Positions 9,151 through 15,566 of a stretch of 32,000 nucleotides of DNA are shown here, in pieces. Source of the stretch: Clostridia bacterium (GTDB taxonomy: Bacteria > Bacillota > Clostridia > TANB77 > RGIG9151); contig JAGBIO010000025.1 of the NCBI GenBank assembly GCA_017934955.1, forward strand, positions 72,787 to 104,786, given 5' to 3'. The stretch's first letter is position 1. Each line of letters begins with the position of its first letter. Position numbers and translations under genes: made by a program. The notes under the pieces were generated by a model that made no database searches, had not been told where the DNA came from, and was given only the letters and a program-made list of their open reading frames with translations.

Positions 9151-9444
9151 ATGAGTAAAGCGAGACGAGCGGCGGGTTTGTTGAAACGACGATTTACCGA
9201 ATTGAGTGATTTGCCTCGAGAGTTGGTAGGGAGTTCGTCACGGATGGTTTTAATGGGGAACAGCGAGTTTATGATTGAGAATTATGATGGAGTTTTAGAG
9301 TACGAGGAGAGCCGAATTAAATTAAGTACGAAAACCGGAATAATTTCTGTGGCTGGGAATAAATTGACAATAGACGAATTGGATGATGAGAATCTGATGG
9401 TTCGTGGGAAGATTTATTCCATTACCATAGAAAGCGAGGAATAG
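9151..9444 (+). CDS. yqfC: sporulation protein YqfC (YabP/YqfC family)
   Basis: 97 aa, GGGAGG upstream. Pattern MIENYDGVLEYEESRIKLSTKTGIISVAGNKLTIDEL...VRGKIYSI is typical of YqfC. Followed by yqfD. Confidence 0.8.
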   Translation: MSKARRAAGLLKRRFTELSDLPRELVGSSSRMVLMGNSEFMIENYDGVLEYEESRIKLSTKTGIISVAGNKLTIDELDDENLMVRGKIYSITIESEE

Positions 9445-9446
9445 CC

Positions 9447-10466
9447 TTGGCAGAGAGTGTATTCACAAGATTTTGGCGATTTTTAAGAGGATATGTGACA
9501 GTTATTGTTGAGGGCTTTTTTATTGAAAAATTTACGAATCTTTGTGCGATAAATGATTTGCCGATTTGGGGGCTTAGGCGGTACGGTACGACGAAGTTGG
9601 TTTGTCGGACGACGATAAAAGGATATAAGCAAATGCGACATCAGGCGAAGAAGTGTGGGTGTCGAGTGAGATTAGAGCGTAGACGGGGGACGCCTTTTAT
9701 TGTATTTAAATATCGGAAGCGTAAGGTTTTTTTGATTGGAATTCTTTTGTTTTTGTGTATTGTGAAGGGAATTACTTCCTTTATTTGGAGTATTGAAGTG
9801 GTAAAGGATGGGACTGTTGTTGAGGATAAGCTGATGCTGACTCAGTTGGAGGAGCTTGGAGTGCATGCGGGAACGTTAAAATATGGATTGGACTTCAGAA
9901 AACTGGCGAATGAGGTGCTGATTAAGCGGGATGATCTTAGCTGGGTAGGGTTTGATATGACCGGAATGAAGCTAAGGGTAAAAGTGGTTGATAAGGTTTT
10001 GATTCCGGAACGAAATGAGGAAGATATCGCTTGTAATATTATTGCACGGAAGGATTGCTTGATTGAGACGGTGAATGTTTATCAGGGGACGGTGCTTGTA
10101 AAGCCGGGAGATGTGGTGCAAGCAGGGCAGATTTTAGTTTCTGCGATGGTGGAAATGAAGAATTTTCCGGAGAAAAATGAAATGGTGCATTCTATGGCAG
10201 AGATTAAGGGAAGAATGTGGTATGAGAAAAGTAAAACTTTAAAGTTGTCTTCGAAATTTGAAAATAGTTCTATTGAGGACTTTGCATATCGGATTGCGTA
10301 TGATAAAATAAAGCAAGAATTAAATGAGAGTTCAGAGATAAAAGATATTCAGAAACGTGTAAAACATAATGAAAATAATACCGTTACGGTAACTGTGACG
10401 GTGGAAACGTTGGAAGATGCCGGAATAGAGCAAGTTTTAGGTTACCATTCAGATTTAAATTTATAA
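9447..10466 (+). CDS. yqfD: sporulation protein YqfD (stage IV-like)
   Basis: TTG start 6 nt after GAGGA. N-terminus FLRGYVTVIVEG, central TM helix, conserved position after yqfC. The last 8 codons and the stop lie inside the MITE arm starting at 10441. Confidence 0.8.
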   Translation: MAESVFTRFWRFLRGYVTVIVEGFFIEKFTNLCAINDLPIWGLRRYGTTKLVCRTTIKGYKQMRHQAKKCGCRVRLERRRGTPFIVFKYRKRKVFLIGILLFLCIVKGITSFIWSIEVVKDGTVVEDKLMLTQLEELGVHAGTLKYGLDFRKLANEVLIKRDDLSWVGFDMTGMKLRVKVVDKVLIPERNEEDIACNIIARKDCLIETVNVYQGTVLVKPGDVVQAGQILVSAMVEMKNFPEKNEMVHSMAEIKGRMWYEKSKTLKLSSKFENSSIEDFAYRIAYDKIKQELNESSEIKDIQKRVKHNENNTVTVTVTVETLEDAGIEQVLGYHSDLNL

Positions 10467-10555
10467 AGAAAGCACAAATAGTGTAGGGACAGCATAAATG
10501 CTGTCCGTACAGTGTGATTTGGCGAAAATAGAAAAGTGTTAAATCCGGTAGTAAC
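10441..10555. mobile_element. MITE of the gttac...gtaac family with a single core hairpin
   Basis: Left arm gttaccattcagatttaaatttataaagaaagcacaaatagtGTAGGGACAGC aligns with the left arms at 13489 and 19592. Core is a 28-nt palindrome at 10483-10510. Right end is taaatccggtagtaac. Flanking 8-mers are only 5/8 identical. Confidence 0.6.
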
Positions 10556-10572
10556 GATTTTGGGAGGACAGA

Positions 10573-11466
10573 ATGGAAATTAAAAAGATACTTGTAGAGA
10601 AGAGCGGAGAGCGACTTGATAAGTTCCTTGCGGAGAAATTGGAGTTATCGCGATCGCATGTGCAAGGATTAGTTGAAAACGAGAAGGTGAGCGTAAACGG
10701 AAAGGCGGCGAAGGCTTCCTTAAAGGTAGAGGAAGGAATGGTAATTTCGGTGGAGATTCCGGAACCGGTGCTGCTAAATGTTTTGCCGGAGGAAATTAAG
10801 TTGGATATTTTGTATGAGGATGAGGATGTTTTGGTAGTGAATAAGCCGAAGGGAATGGTGGTTCATCCGGCGAACGGAAATCAAAGCGGGACGTTGGTGA
10901 ATGCGGTTTTGGCGCATTGCGGAGAGAATTTGTCGGGGATTAACGGTGTGATTCGTCCGGGAATTGTGCATCGAATTGATAAAGATACGTCGGGAATTTT
11001 AGTGATTGCAAAAAACGATCAGGCACACGTCAGTCTTGCGAAACAGTTAAAGGAACATAGTATGACACGGGTTTATGTGGCGGTTGTGAAGGGAAAGTTG
11101 AAATCAGAGACGGGAACGATTTCGGCTCCGATTGGGAGAAATCCGAAAGATCGAAAGAAAATGGGCGTTGTGGCGAATGGAAAACATGCGGTGACGCATT
11201 ATAAGGTGATAAAGGAGTTGCCGGATTGTAGTGTGATTGAAGTGCGATTAGAAACCGGACGAACTCACCAGATTCGTGTACATATGGCGTATATCGGGCA
11301 TCCGCTTTTGGGAGACGGGGTGTACGGTACTGCGAAAAACAAATACGGTTTTGAGGGACAAGCTTTACATGCAAAAATTCTCGGATTTAAGCATCCGAGA
11401 ACGGGAGAATATATGGAGTTTTCTTCTACTCTTCCTGAAGAGTTTCTTGAATTGCTTGCCAAATAG
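10573..11466 (+). CDS. rluD: RluA-family 23S rRNA pseudouridine synthase (RluD-like)
   Basis: N-terminal S4 domain (RLDKFLAEKLELSRSHVQGLV), catalytic HRIDKDTSG, C-terminal GRTHQIRVH. Confidence 0.9.
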   Translation: MEIKKILVEKSGERLDKFLAEKLELSRSHVQGLVENEKVSVNGKAAKASLKVEEGMVISVEIPEPVLLNVLPEEIKLDILYEDEDVLVVNKPKGMVVHPANGNQSGTLVNAVLAHCGENLSGINGVIRPGIVHRIDKDTSGILVIAKNDQAHVSLAKQLKEHSMTRVYVAVVKGKLKSETGTISAPIGRNPKDRKKMGVVANGKHAVTHYKVIKELPDCSVIEVRLETGRTHQIRVHMAYIGHPLLGDGVYGTAKNKYGFEGQALHAKILGFKHPRTGEYMEFSSTLPEEFLELLAK

Positions 11467-12022
11467 CGTGTAAGTTTTGCTTTTTGTCAGAAGAGACCGG
11501 AATGATATCGACAGTTTCTGGGACATTCAATTCTTTTTGAATAATTTCGCAGTAATCCGGAATTTTTGTAATCGGTACTTTATCTGCTTTTGTCGGAACG
11601 ACGATAAAGTTAAGCTTGGAACGCATTAAATAATCGAACATCGTTAAATCGTCTGCGGTGGGTTTGTGGCGAATGTCTACCAGCATAACGATTAAGGCAA
11701 TGTTTTTCCGCTTTTTTAAGTAAAGGTCAATGGTTTTGCTGATTTTTTGGACTTTTTCTTTTCCCATGGTTGCGAAGGAATAGCCGGGTAAATCGACGAA
11801 ATAAATCTTTTCGTCAATGCAAAAGAAATTGATTTCCTGTGTTTTTCCCGGTCTTTGACCGACATAAGCTAAATTTTTTCGATTTAATAAAGCGTTTAAC
11901 AGAGAGGATTTTCCGACGTTGGAGCGGCCGACAAAGACGATTTCCGGAAGAAAATCTTGAGGAAATTGTTTTTCACTTACGGCGGATAAGATAAATTTTG
12001 CGTTGTGTATATTGATTTGCAT
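11426..12022 (-). CDS. engB: ribosome biogenesis GTPase YsxC/EngB
   Basis: P-loop GRSNVGKSSLLNAL, DLPGY, TKADK motifs. AAGGAG upstream. The 3' end overlaps the rluD 3' end by 41 nt. Confidence 0.9.
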   Translation of the reverse strand: MQINIHNAKFILSAVSEKQFPQDFLPEIVFVGRSNVGKSSLLNALLNRKNLAYVGQRPGKTQEINFFCIDEKIYFVDLPGYSFATMGKEKVQKISKTIDLYLKKRKNIALIVMLVDIRHKPTADDLTMFDYLMRSKLNFIVVPTKADKVPITKIPDYCEIIQKELNVPETVDIIPVSSDKKQNLHAIWQAIQETLQEE

Positions 12023-12056
12023 GTTATCACTCCTTTTTTATTACAGTACATTTTCT

Positions 12057-12129
12057 GTAGGGACACAATTTATTGTGTCCGAGAAATTGGTAAACATTAG
12101 AATTAGGACACAATAAATTGTGTCCCTAC
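12057..12129. repeat. REPIN-like inverted doublet, ACACAAT/ATTGTGT variant
   Basis: GTAGGGACACAATTTATTGTGTCC ... GGACACAATAAATTGTGTCCCTAC. Fills most of the 133-bp divergent engB/tadA intergenic region. Confidence 0.9.
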
Positions 12130-12155
12130 AATATATTACCATGAAAGGAAGAATT

Positions 12156-12614
12156 ATGGAAGAATTTTTTATGAAAGAGGCATTAAAAGAAGCTCAAAAA
12201 GCATATTGCCGGAAAGAAGTTCCGATTGGTGCGGTTGTGGTTTATAAGAATAAAATTATCGGAAGAGGATATAATTTAAGAGAAAAGAAAAAAAGTGCAT
12301 TGATGCACGCAGAGATTGTGGCGATTTCCAAGGCTTGCAAGAAGTTAAAGTCTTGGCGATTGGAGGATTGCGAGCTTTATGTGACGTTAGAGCCTTGTCC
12401 GATGTGTGCCGGTGCGATTATTCAGTCTAGAATAAAAAAAGTTTTTTTTGGTGCGTTTGATGCGAAAGCAGGATGCGCAGGCTCTACTTTTGACCTTTTT
12501 GAAAAAGGAAAATTCAATCATGATGTTGAAGTGACAGGAGGCGTATTACAAGAGGATTGTGCGGCACTTTTGAAAACTTTTTTTAAGGAGCTAAGAAAAT
12601 TTGACAAATCATGA
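12156..12614 (+). CDS. tadA: tRNA adenosine(34) deaminase TadA
   Basis: HAE...PCPMCAGA zinc motifs. Start set to ATG 12156 (AAAGGAAG upstream). ATG 12141 and 12171 are alternatives. The track start at 12120 lies inside the repeat. Confidence 0.85.
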   Translation: MEEFFMKEALKEAQKAYCRKEVPIGAVVVYKNKIIGRGYNLREKKKSALMHAEIVAISKACKKLKSWRLEDCELYVTLEPCPMCAGAIIQSRIKKVFFGAFDAKAGCAGSTFDLFEKGKFNHDVEVTGGVLQEDCAALLKTFFKELRKFDKS

Positions 12615-12653
12615 AATTTATAATAGAATTTCATTCGAACGGGAGGGAAAGTA

Positions 12654-13484
12654 ATGAACAAACGCTCAAAGAAGAAGAGAATGAAGCGAATAATGAAAGC
12701 GGTCGGTTTTGCTTTTGCTATGACGGTTTTCTCGGCAGCGGTTTATGTGACTCAAATCAAAGAAGTGAATGTGAATTACTTAGGTCAGAATATTTCTTTT
12801 AAGACGATGGCATCGACGGTAAATGATGCGTTAAAAGAGAAAAATATTGAAATTAAAGAGGGCGAAAATATTTCGACCGATATCTATAGCAGACTTGGAA
12901 AAAGTAATAACATTGTAATTGAGAAGCCGGTGGTGTTAGCAATGGCAGAACCGGTTGCAGTAGAGCCGAAAGTGGAAGAGCCGGTGGAACCAGCCCCGGT
13001 AGAGAAAGAAGTTGTGTTTGAGCAGGAACCGGAAGTAGTGAAAGAAGTAAAGACAACGAAATCCGCAACGTCGCGTGGCGTGGTAAGAACAACTTGGGCG
13101 CCGGATGTAACGGAAGTGGAAGACGGCGTTTTGGAAACTGCCGATGGAGAGGTAATTGAGTATTCGCAAGTGATGCAGTTGGAAGCGACAGCGTATTGCC
13201 CTTGTTATTCTTGTTGCGGAAAGCATCCGGGAAATAAATGGTATAACGTTACAGCGACCGGAACAACCGCGAAAGTAGGAACTATCGCAGTAGATCCACA
13301 GGTAATTCCGCTTGGCACAAAGGTTTATATCGAAGGATTGAACGGTGCAAAGAATTACGGGTATGCCGTTGCAGAAGATACCGGCGGTGCGATTAAGGGA
13401 AATATCATTGATTTGTATTTCAATACGCATGGTGAAACCGTGATTTGGGGAAGACAACAAGTGAAGGTTTATATCTTGAAGTAG
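12654..13484 (+). CDS. 3D-domain cell-wall protein (DUF348-like N-terminal part, Pro/Glu-rich linker, C-terminal 3D domain)
   Basis: GGGAGGG upstream, signal anchor, linker PVAVEPKVEEPVEPAPVEKE. C-terminus ATAYCPCYSCCGK...GTIAVDPQVIPLGTKVYIEG...AEDTGGAIKGNIIDLYF is typical of 3D/YabE/YocH-like proteins. Confidence 0.8.
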   Translation: MNKRSKKKRMKRIMKAVGFAFAMTVFSAAVYVTQIKEVNVNYLGQNISFKTMASTVNDALKEKNIEIKEGENISTDIYSRLGKSNNIVIEKPVVLAMAEPVAVEPKVEEPVEPAPVEKEVVFEQEPEVVKEVKTTKSATSRGVVRTTWAPDVTEVEDGVLETADGEVIEYSQVMQLEATAYCPCYSCCGKHPGNKWYNVTATGTTAKVGTIAVDPQVIPLGTKVYIEGLNGAKNYGYAVAEDTGGAIKGNIIDLYFNTHGETVIWGRQQVKVYILK

Positions 13485-13488
13485 AGAA

Positions 13489-13641
13489 GTTACAGGTCAG
13501 ACTTAAATTTATAGAGAAGGCACGAACACTGTAGGGACAGCATTTATGCTGTCCGCGGAATAGGCAGAAAGCAGGACAGCATAAATGCTGTCCGTACAAT
13601 GGTTGCGCATCATTGTAGGACGATATAGTCTGACTTGTAAC
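13489..13641. mobile_element. MITE (153 bp) with TIRs gttacaggtcagact / agtctgacttgtaac and an internal REP doublet
   Basis: Perfect 8-bp direct duplication GTAGAGAA at 13481-13488 and 13642-13649 flanks the inverted termini. Inserted right after the stop codon of the 3D-domain gene. Confidence 0.85.
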
Positions 13642-13670
13642 GTAGAGAAAAGATATTTAATTAGAAAATA

Positions 13671-13699
13671 TTGACAAAAGAAAGAAAATAGGGTAATCT
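13671..13699 (+). promoter_or_regulatory. sigma-A-like promoter TTGACA-17-TAATCT (candidate antitoxin sRNA, unit 1)
   Basis: TTGACA 13671-13676, 17-nt spacer, TAATCT 13694-13699. The block ttagaaaatattgaca is conserved at 14158-14173. Confidence 0.6.
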
Positions 13700-13705
13700 A
13701 ATAGT

Positions 13706-13777
13706 AGAAACTTTAGAAACTTATCCGTTTTATATGGACAACAAAAAAGGATGCTGGGGGCATCCTTTTTTGTTGTC
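13706..13777 (+). ncRNA. candidate ~70-nt antitoxin sRNA, unit 1
   Basis: Runs from the promoter above to the terminator at 13737-13777. Contains tttagaaacttatccgt (13712-13728), an exact direct repeat of 13838-13854, so it is perfectly complementary over 17 nt to the convergent mRNA just after its SD. Ends are approximate. Confidence 0.5.
13737..13777. terminator. bidirectional intrinsic terminator shared by convergent transcripts (unit 1)
   Basis: ggacaacAAAAAAGGATGCtgggGGCATCCTTTTTTgttgtc. GC stem flanked by A6 and T6, extended by ggacaac/gttgtc. Confidence 0.8.
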
Positions 13778-13782
13778 TGTGT

Positions 13783-13863
13783 TTAGGAGCAAGTACTTGT
13801 AAGAACAAGAAACACGACAATAAGTATAACTATAAATTTTAGAAACTTATCCGTAAGAATCAC
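13783..13863 (-). CDS. candidate type I toxin, small hydrophobic peptide (up to 26 aa: VILTDKFLKFIVILIVVFLVLTSTCS)
   Basis: Strong SD AAAGGAGG (13863-13870 on the + strand). Open frame to TAA at 13783-13785 just before the terminator. One TM-like stretch. Start is uncertain: the only in-frame canonical start (GTG 13863) overlaps the SD, and the codon homologous to the well-spaced GTG of unit 2 is ACG (13854). Confidence 0.4.
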   Translation of the reverse strand: MILTDKFLKFIVILIVVFLVLTSTCS

Positions 13864-13899
13864 CTCCTTTCAACAGAGATTATCCTTACGGACAAAAAG

Positions 13900-13928
13900 A
13901 GAATACCATATATTGTAAAATTTTACGA
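13900..13928 (-). promoter_or_regulatory. candidate promoter of the unit 1 toxin mRNA (TCGTAA-17-TATTCT; alternative -10 TACAAT)
   Basis: AT-rich block ttttacaatatatggtatt is conserved with unit 2 (14393-14421). The exact hexamers are ambiguous. Confidence 0.3.
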
Positions 13929-13987
13929 TATGTTTAAAATGTTTTTGTTGGTAAATTTGTGTTGAAGTATAAGTATAGAAATACTTT

Positions 13988-14150
13988 GTTACAATTCAGA
14001 CTCAAATTTATATATGTACCTTAAATTTTCCTCAGTCTATTGTAGGGACAGCATTTATGCTGTCCTGCTTTCTGCCTTTTCTGTGGACAGCATGAATGCT
14101 GTCCCTACATTGTTTGTGCCTTCTCTATAAATTTGAGTCTGATTAGTAAC
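13988..14150. mobile_element. MITE (163 bp) with TIRs gttacaattcagactcaaatttata / tataaatttgagtctgattagtaac and an internal REP doublet
   Basis: Perfect 8-bp direct duplication AATACTTT at 13980-13987 and 14151-14158. The internal part is nearly identical to 5807-5898. Confidence 0.85.
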
Positions 14151-14167
14151 AATACTTTTAGAAAATA

Positions 14168-14196
14168 TTGACAGAAGAAGGAAAATGAGATAATAT
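14168..14196 (+). promoter_or_regulatory. sigma-A-like promoter TTGACA-17-TAATAT (candidate antitoxin sRNA, unit 2)
   Basis: TTGACA 14168-14173, 17-nt spacer, TAATAT 14191-14196. Confidence 0.6.
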
Positions 14197-14202
14197 AATT
14201 AT

Positions 14203-14283
14203 AGAAGTATTATTTTGATTATATGTCTTGCTTTATACGGACAAAGAAAAAAGGGTGTTGGTGGCACCCTTTTTTCTTTGTCC
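14203..14283 (+). ncRNA. candidate ~80-nt antitoxin sRNA, unit 2
   Basis: Contains ttgattatatgtct (14215-14228), a 13/14 direct repeat of ttgactatatgtct (14331-14344). The mismatch gives a G:U pair with the convergent mRNA, and the duplex covers its start codon. Ends at the terminator 14239-14283. Ends are approximate. Confidence 0.5.
14239..14283. terminator. bidirectional intrinsic terminator (unit 2)
   Basis: ggacaaagAAAAAAGGGTGttggtggCACCCTTTTTTctttgtcc. Confidence 0.8.
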
Positions 14284-14299
14284 ATCTCAGTAGCATTCA

Positions 14300-14347
14300 C
14301 TAACAATAAGTAATAAGTAGGACGACTATCTTGACTATATGTCTCAC
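14300..14347 (-). CDS. candidate type I toxin remnant or very short peptide (15 aa: MRHIVKIVVLLITYC)
   Basis: AAAGGAGG then 8 nt then GTG (14347). Stops at TAG TGA (14300-14302 and beyond). The N-terminus resembles the 29-aa peptide at 18374 (MSRKYIVKII). Shortness suggests truncation. Confidence 0.35.
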   Translation of the reverse strand: MRHIVKIVVLLITYC

Positions 14348-14392
14348 AAGGTTCACCTCCTTTCAATAGAGATTATCCTTACGGACGAGAAA

Positions 14393-14421
14393 ACAATACC
14401 ATATATTGTAAAATATTACAA
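14393..14421 (-). promoter_or_regulatory. candidate promoter of the unit 2 toxin mRNA (TTGTAA-17-TATTGT)
   Basis: Conserved with 13900-13928. The hexamers are weak matches. Confidence 0.3.
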
Positions 14422-14461
14422 TATATTTAAATTAAAAAATCCTAAAATTTACAAAATTCTA

Positions 14462-14490
14462 TTGACAAACCGCATGATCGGTTGTATGAT
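14462..14490 (+). promoter_or_regulatory. sigma-A promoter TTGACA-17-TATGAT for the rpsP operon
   Basis: TTGACA 14462-14467, 17-nt spacer, TATGAT 14485-14490, about 58 nt upstream of the rpsP start. Confidence 0.7.
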
Positions 14491-14547
14491 ATAGAGGCTG
14501 TCAAGTAGTAGTACTTTACAGTATGAATGCAGAGGGGTGGTGAAATA

Positions 14548-14787
14548 ATGGTAAAAATCAGATTACAAAGAGTTGGAGCGAAGAAAGCACCGTTTTATAA
14601 AATCGTTGTTGCAGATTCGAGATATCCGAGAGATGGTAGATTAATCGAGGAAATCGGTAACTATGATCCTATGAAAGATCCTGCTGTAATTCATTTCAAA
14701 GAAGGCAAGGTTGATGAGTGGATTAAAAAAGGTGCACAGCCTACAGATACTGTGAAGGCTTTAATTAAAAAAGCGAATATTAACTAA
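14548..14787 (+). CDS. rpsP: 30S ribosomal protein S16
   Basis: [25 protein letters not shown] is a canonical S16 N-terminus. Start moved to ATG 14548 after GAGGGGTGG. Confidence 0.97.
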   Translation: MVKIRLQRVGAKKAPFYKIVVADSRYPRDGRLIEEIGNYDPMKDPAVIHFKEGKVDEWIKKGAQPTDTVKALIKKANIN

Positions 14788-14804
14788 TAGAGGAGGAATA
14801 CGCA

Positions 14805-15035
14805 ATGAAAGAAATGTTAGAGACAATCGCAAAATATTTAGTTAATAACCCGGATGCTGTTTCCGTTACGGAAGTAGAAGGAGAACAATCTGTAATTCTT
14901 GAACTCAGAGTTGATCCGGAAGATATGGGAAGAGTAATCGGAAAAGAAGGAAGAATTGCAAAGGCAATCAGAACTCTTGTAAAAGCTAACGCTGTAAGAT
15001 CCAACAAGAGAGTAAACGTTGAAATTATTGAATAA
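14805..15035 (+). CDS. ylqC: KH-domain RNA-binding protein (YlqC/UPF0109)
   Basis: GRVIGKEGRIAKAIRTLV KH motif. Conserved position between rpsP and rimM. Confidence 0.9.
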   Translation: MKEMLETIAKYLVNNPDAVSVTEVEGEQSVILELRVDPEDMGRVIGKEGRIAKAIRTLVKANAVRSNKRVNVEIIE

Positions 15036-15072
15036 TTTCGAAGGGATTGTGAAATCTTTGGAGAAAAAAGAG

Positions 15073-15555
15073 ATGCTCTGTATAGGAGAAATCGTAAACA
15101 CGCATGGGATTCGCGGGGAACTGAAAGTGATTCCGTTGGTGGATGATGCGAATGATTTGTACTCTTACCGGAAGGTTTCTATCGATGGTACTTTTTATGA
15201 AGTAGAAGGAATTCGTTTTCATAAAAATTTCGCATTGATGAAATTGCATGGGATTGATGACAAAACGACAGCAGACCGCTATAAAGGAAAGTTCTTGGAA
15301 TTACCGCGTGAGGAATTGAAGCCGCTGGATGACGGGAGATATTATGTTTGTGACCTAATGGGATTAAAGATAATTGACGCGGAATTAGGCGAGCTTGGAG
15401 AAGTAAATGATGTAATTGAAACGGGAAGCAATTTGGTGTATGTGACCGAATATAACGGGAAACCGCTTTGCATTCCGGTTTTGGAAGGAGTCGTTCAGGA
15501 AATCGATATAAATGCCGGCTTTATCAAAGTTGTCCTTCCGAAGGGGTTAATTTAG
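15073..15555 (+). CDS. rimM: 16S rRNA processing protein RimM
   Basis: [17 protein letters not shown]-terminal PRC-barrel family signature. Start set at ATG 15073; the track start at 15019 overlaps ylqC. Confidence 0.9.
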   Translation: MLCIGEIVNTHGIRGELKVIPLVDDANDLYSYRKVSIDGTFYEVEGIRFHKNFALMKLHGIDDKTTADRYKGKFLELPREELKPLDDGRYYVCDLMGLKIIDAELGELGEVNDVIETGSNLVYVTEYNGKPLCIPVLEGVVQEIDINAGFIKVVLPKGLI

Positions 15556-15566
15556 GAGGACTGAAA

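Noticed and set aside
12120-12155. Longer N-terminal extensions given by the ORF track for tadA (12120), spoVB (18230), trmD (15468), rimM (15019), rpsP (14527), DUF421 (25582), tmk (19580), the holin-like gene (25622), mnaA (29405) and the Spo0E-like gene (27577).
   Set aside because: The extensions start inside repeats or upstream genes and have no SD. Internal starts with good SD spacing reproduce the canonical family N-termini.
12611-12802. 63-aa ORF overlapping the start of the 3D-domain gene.
   Set aside because: It is out of frame with, and mostly covered by, the 276-aa gene, which has a GGGAGGG SD and a signal anchor. There is no independent support.
12930-13080. A locally GC-richer segment with repetitive ccggt/gaacc motifs as a DNA-level repeat or foreign insert.
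   Set aside because: It encodes the Pro/Glu/Val-rich linker (PVAVEPKVEEPVEPAPVEKE) of the 3D-domain protein. The periodicity is explained by the coding sequence.
12936-13460. 174-aa ORF on the minus strand, with similar antisense ORFs at 12853-13092, 307-621, 17676-18023, 23706-24176, 30105-30479, 15849-16160 and 11030-11374.
   Set aside because: All lie fully inside well-supported genes on the other strand. They lack SD sequences and translate to low-complexity or Arg/Ser/Pro-rich sequence typical of shadow ORFs.
13489-14440. A single tandem duplication of a composite MITE + TA block.
   Set aside because: The two MITEs have different 8-bp target-site duplications and sit at different distances from the sRNA promoters. 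The MITEs therefore inserted independently. Only the TA-like units are paralogous.
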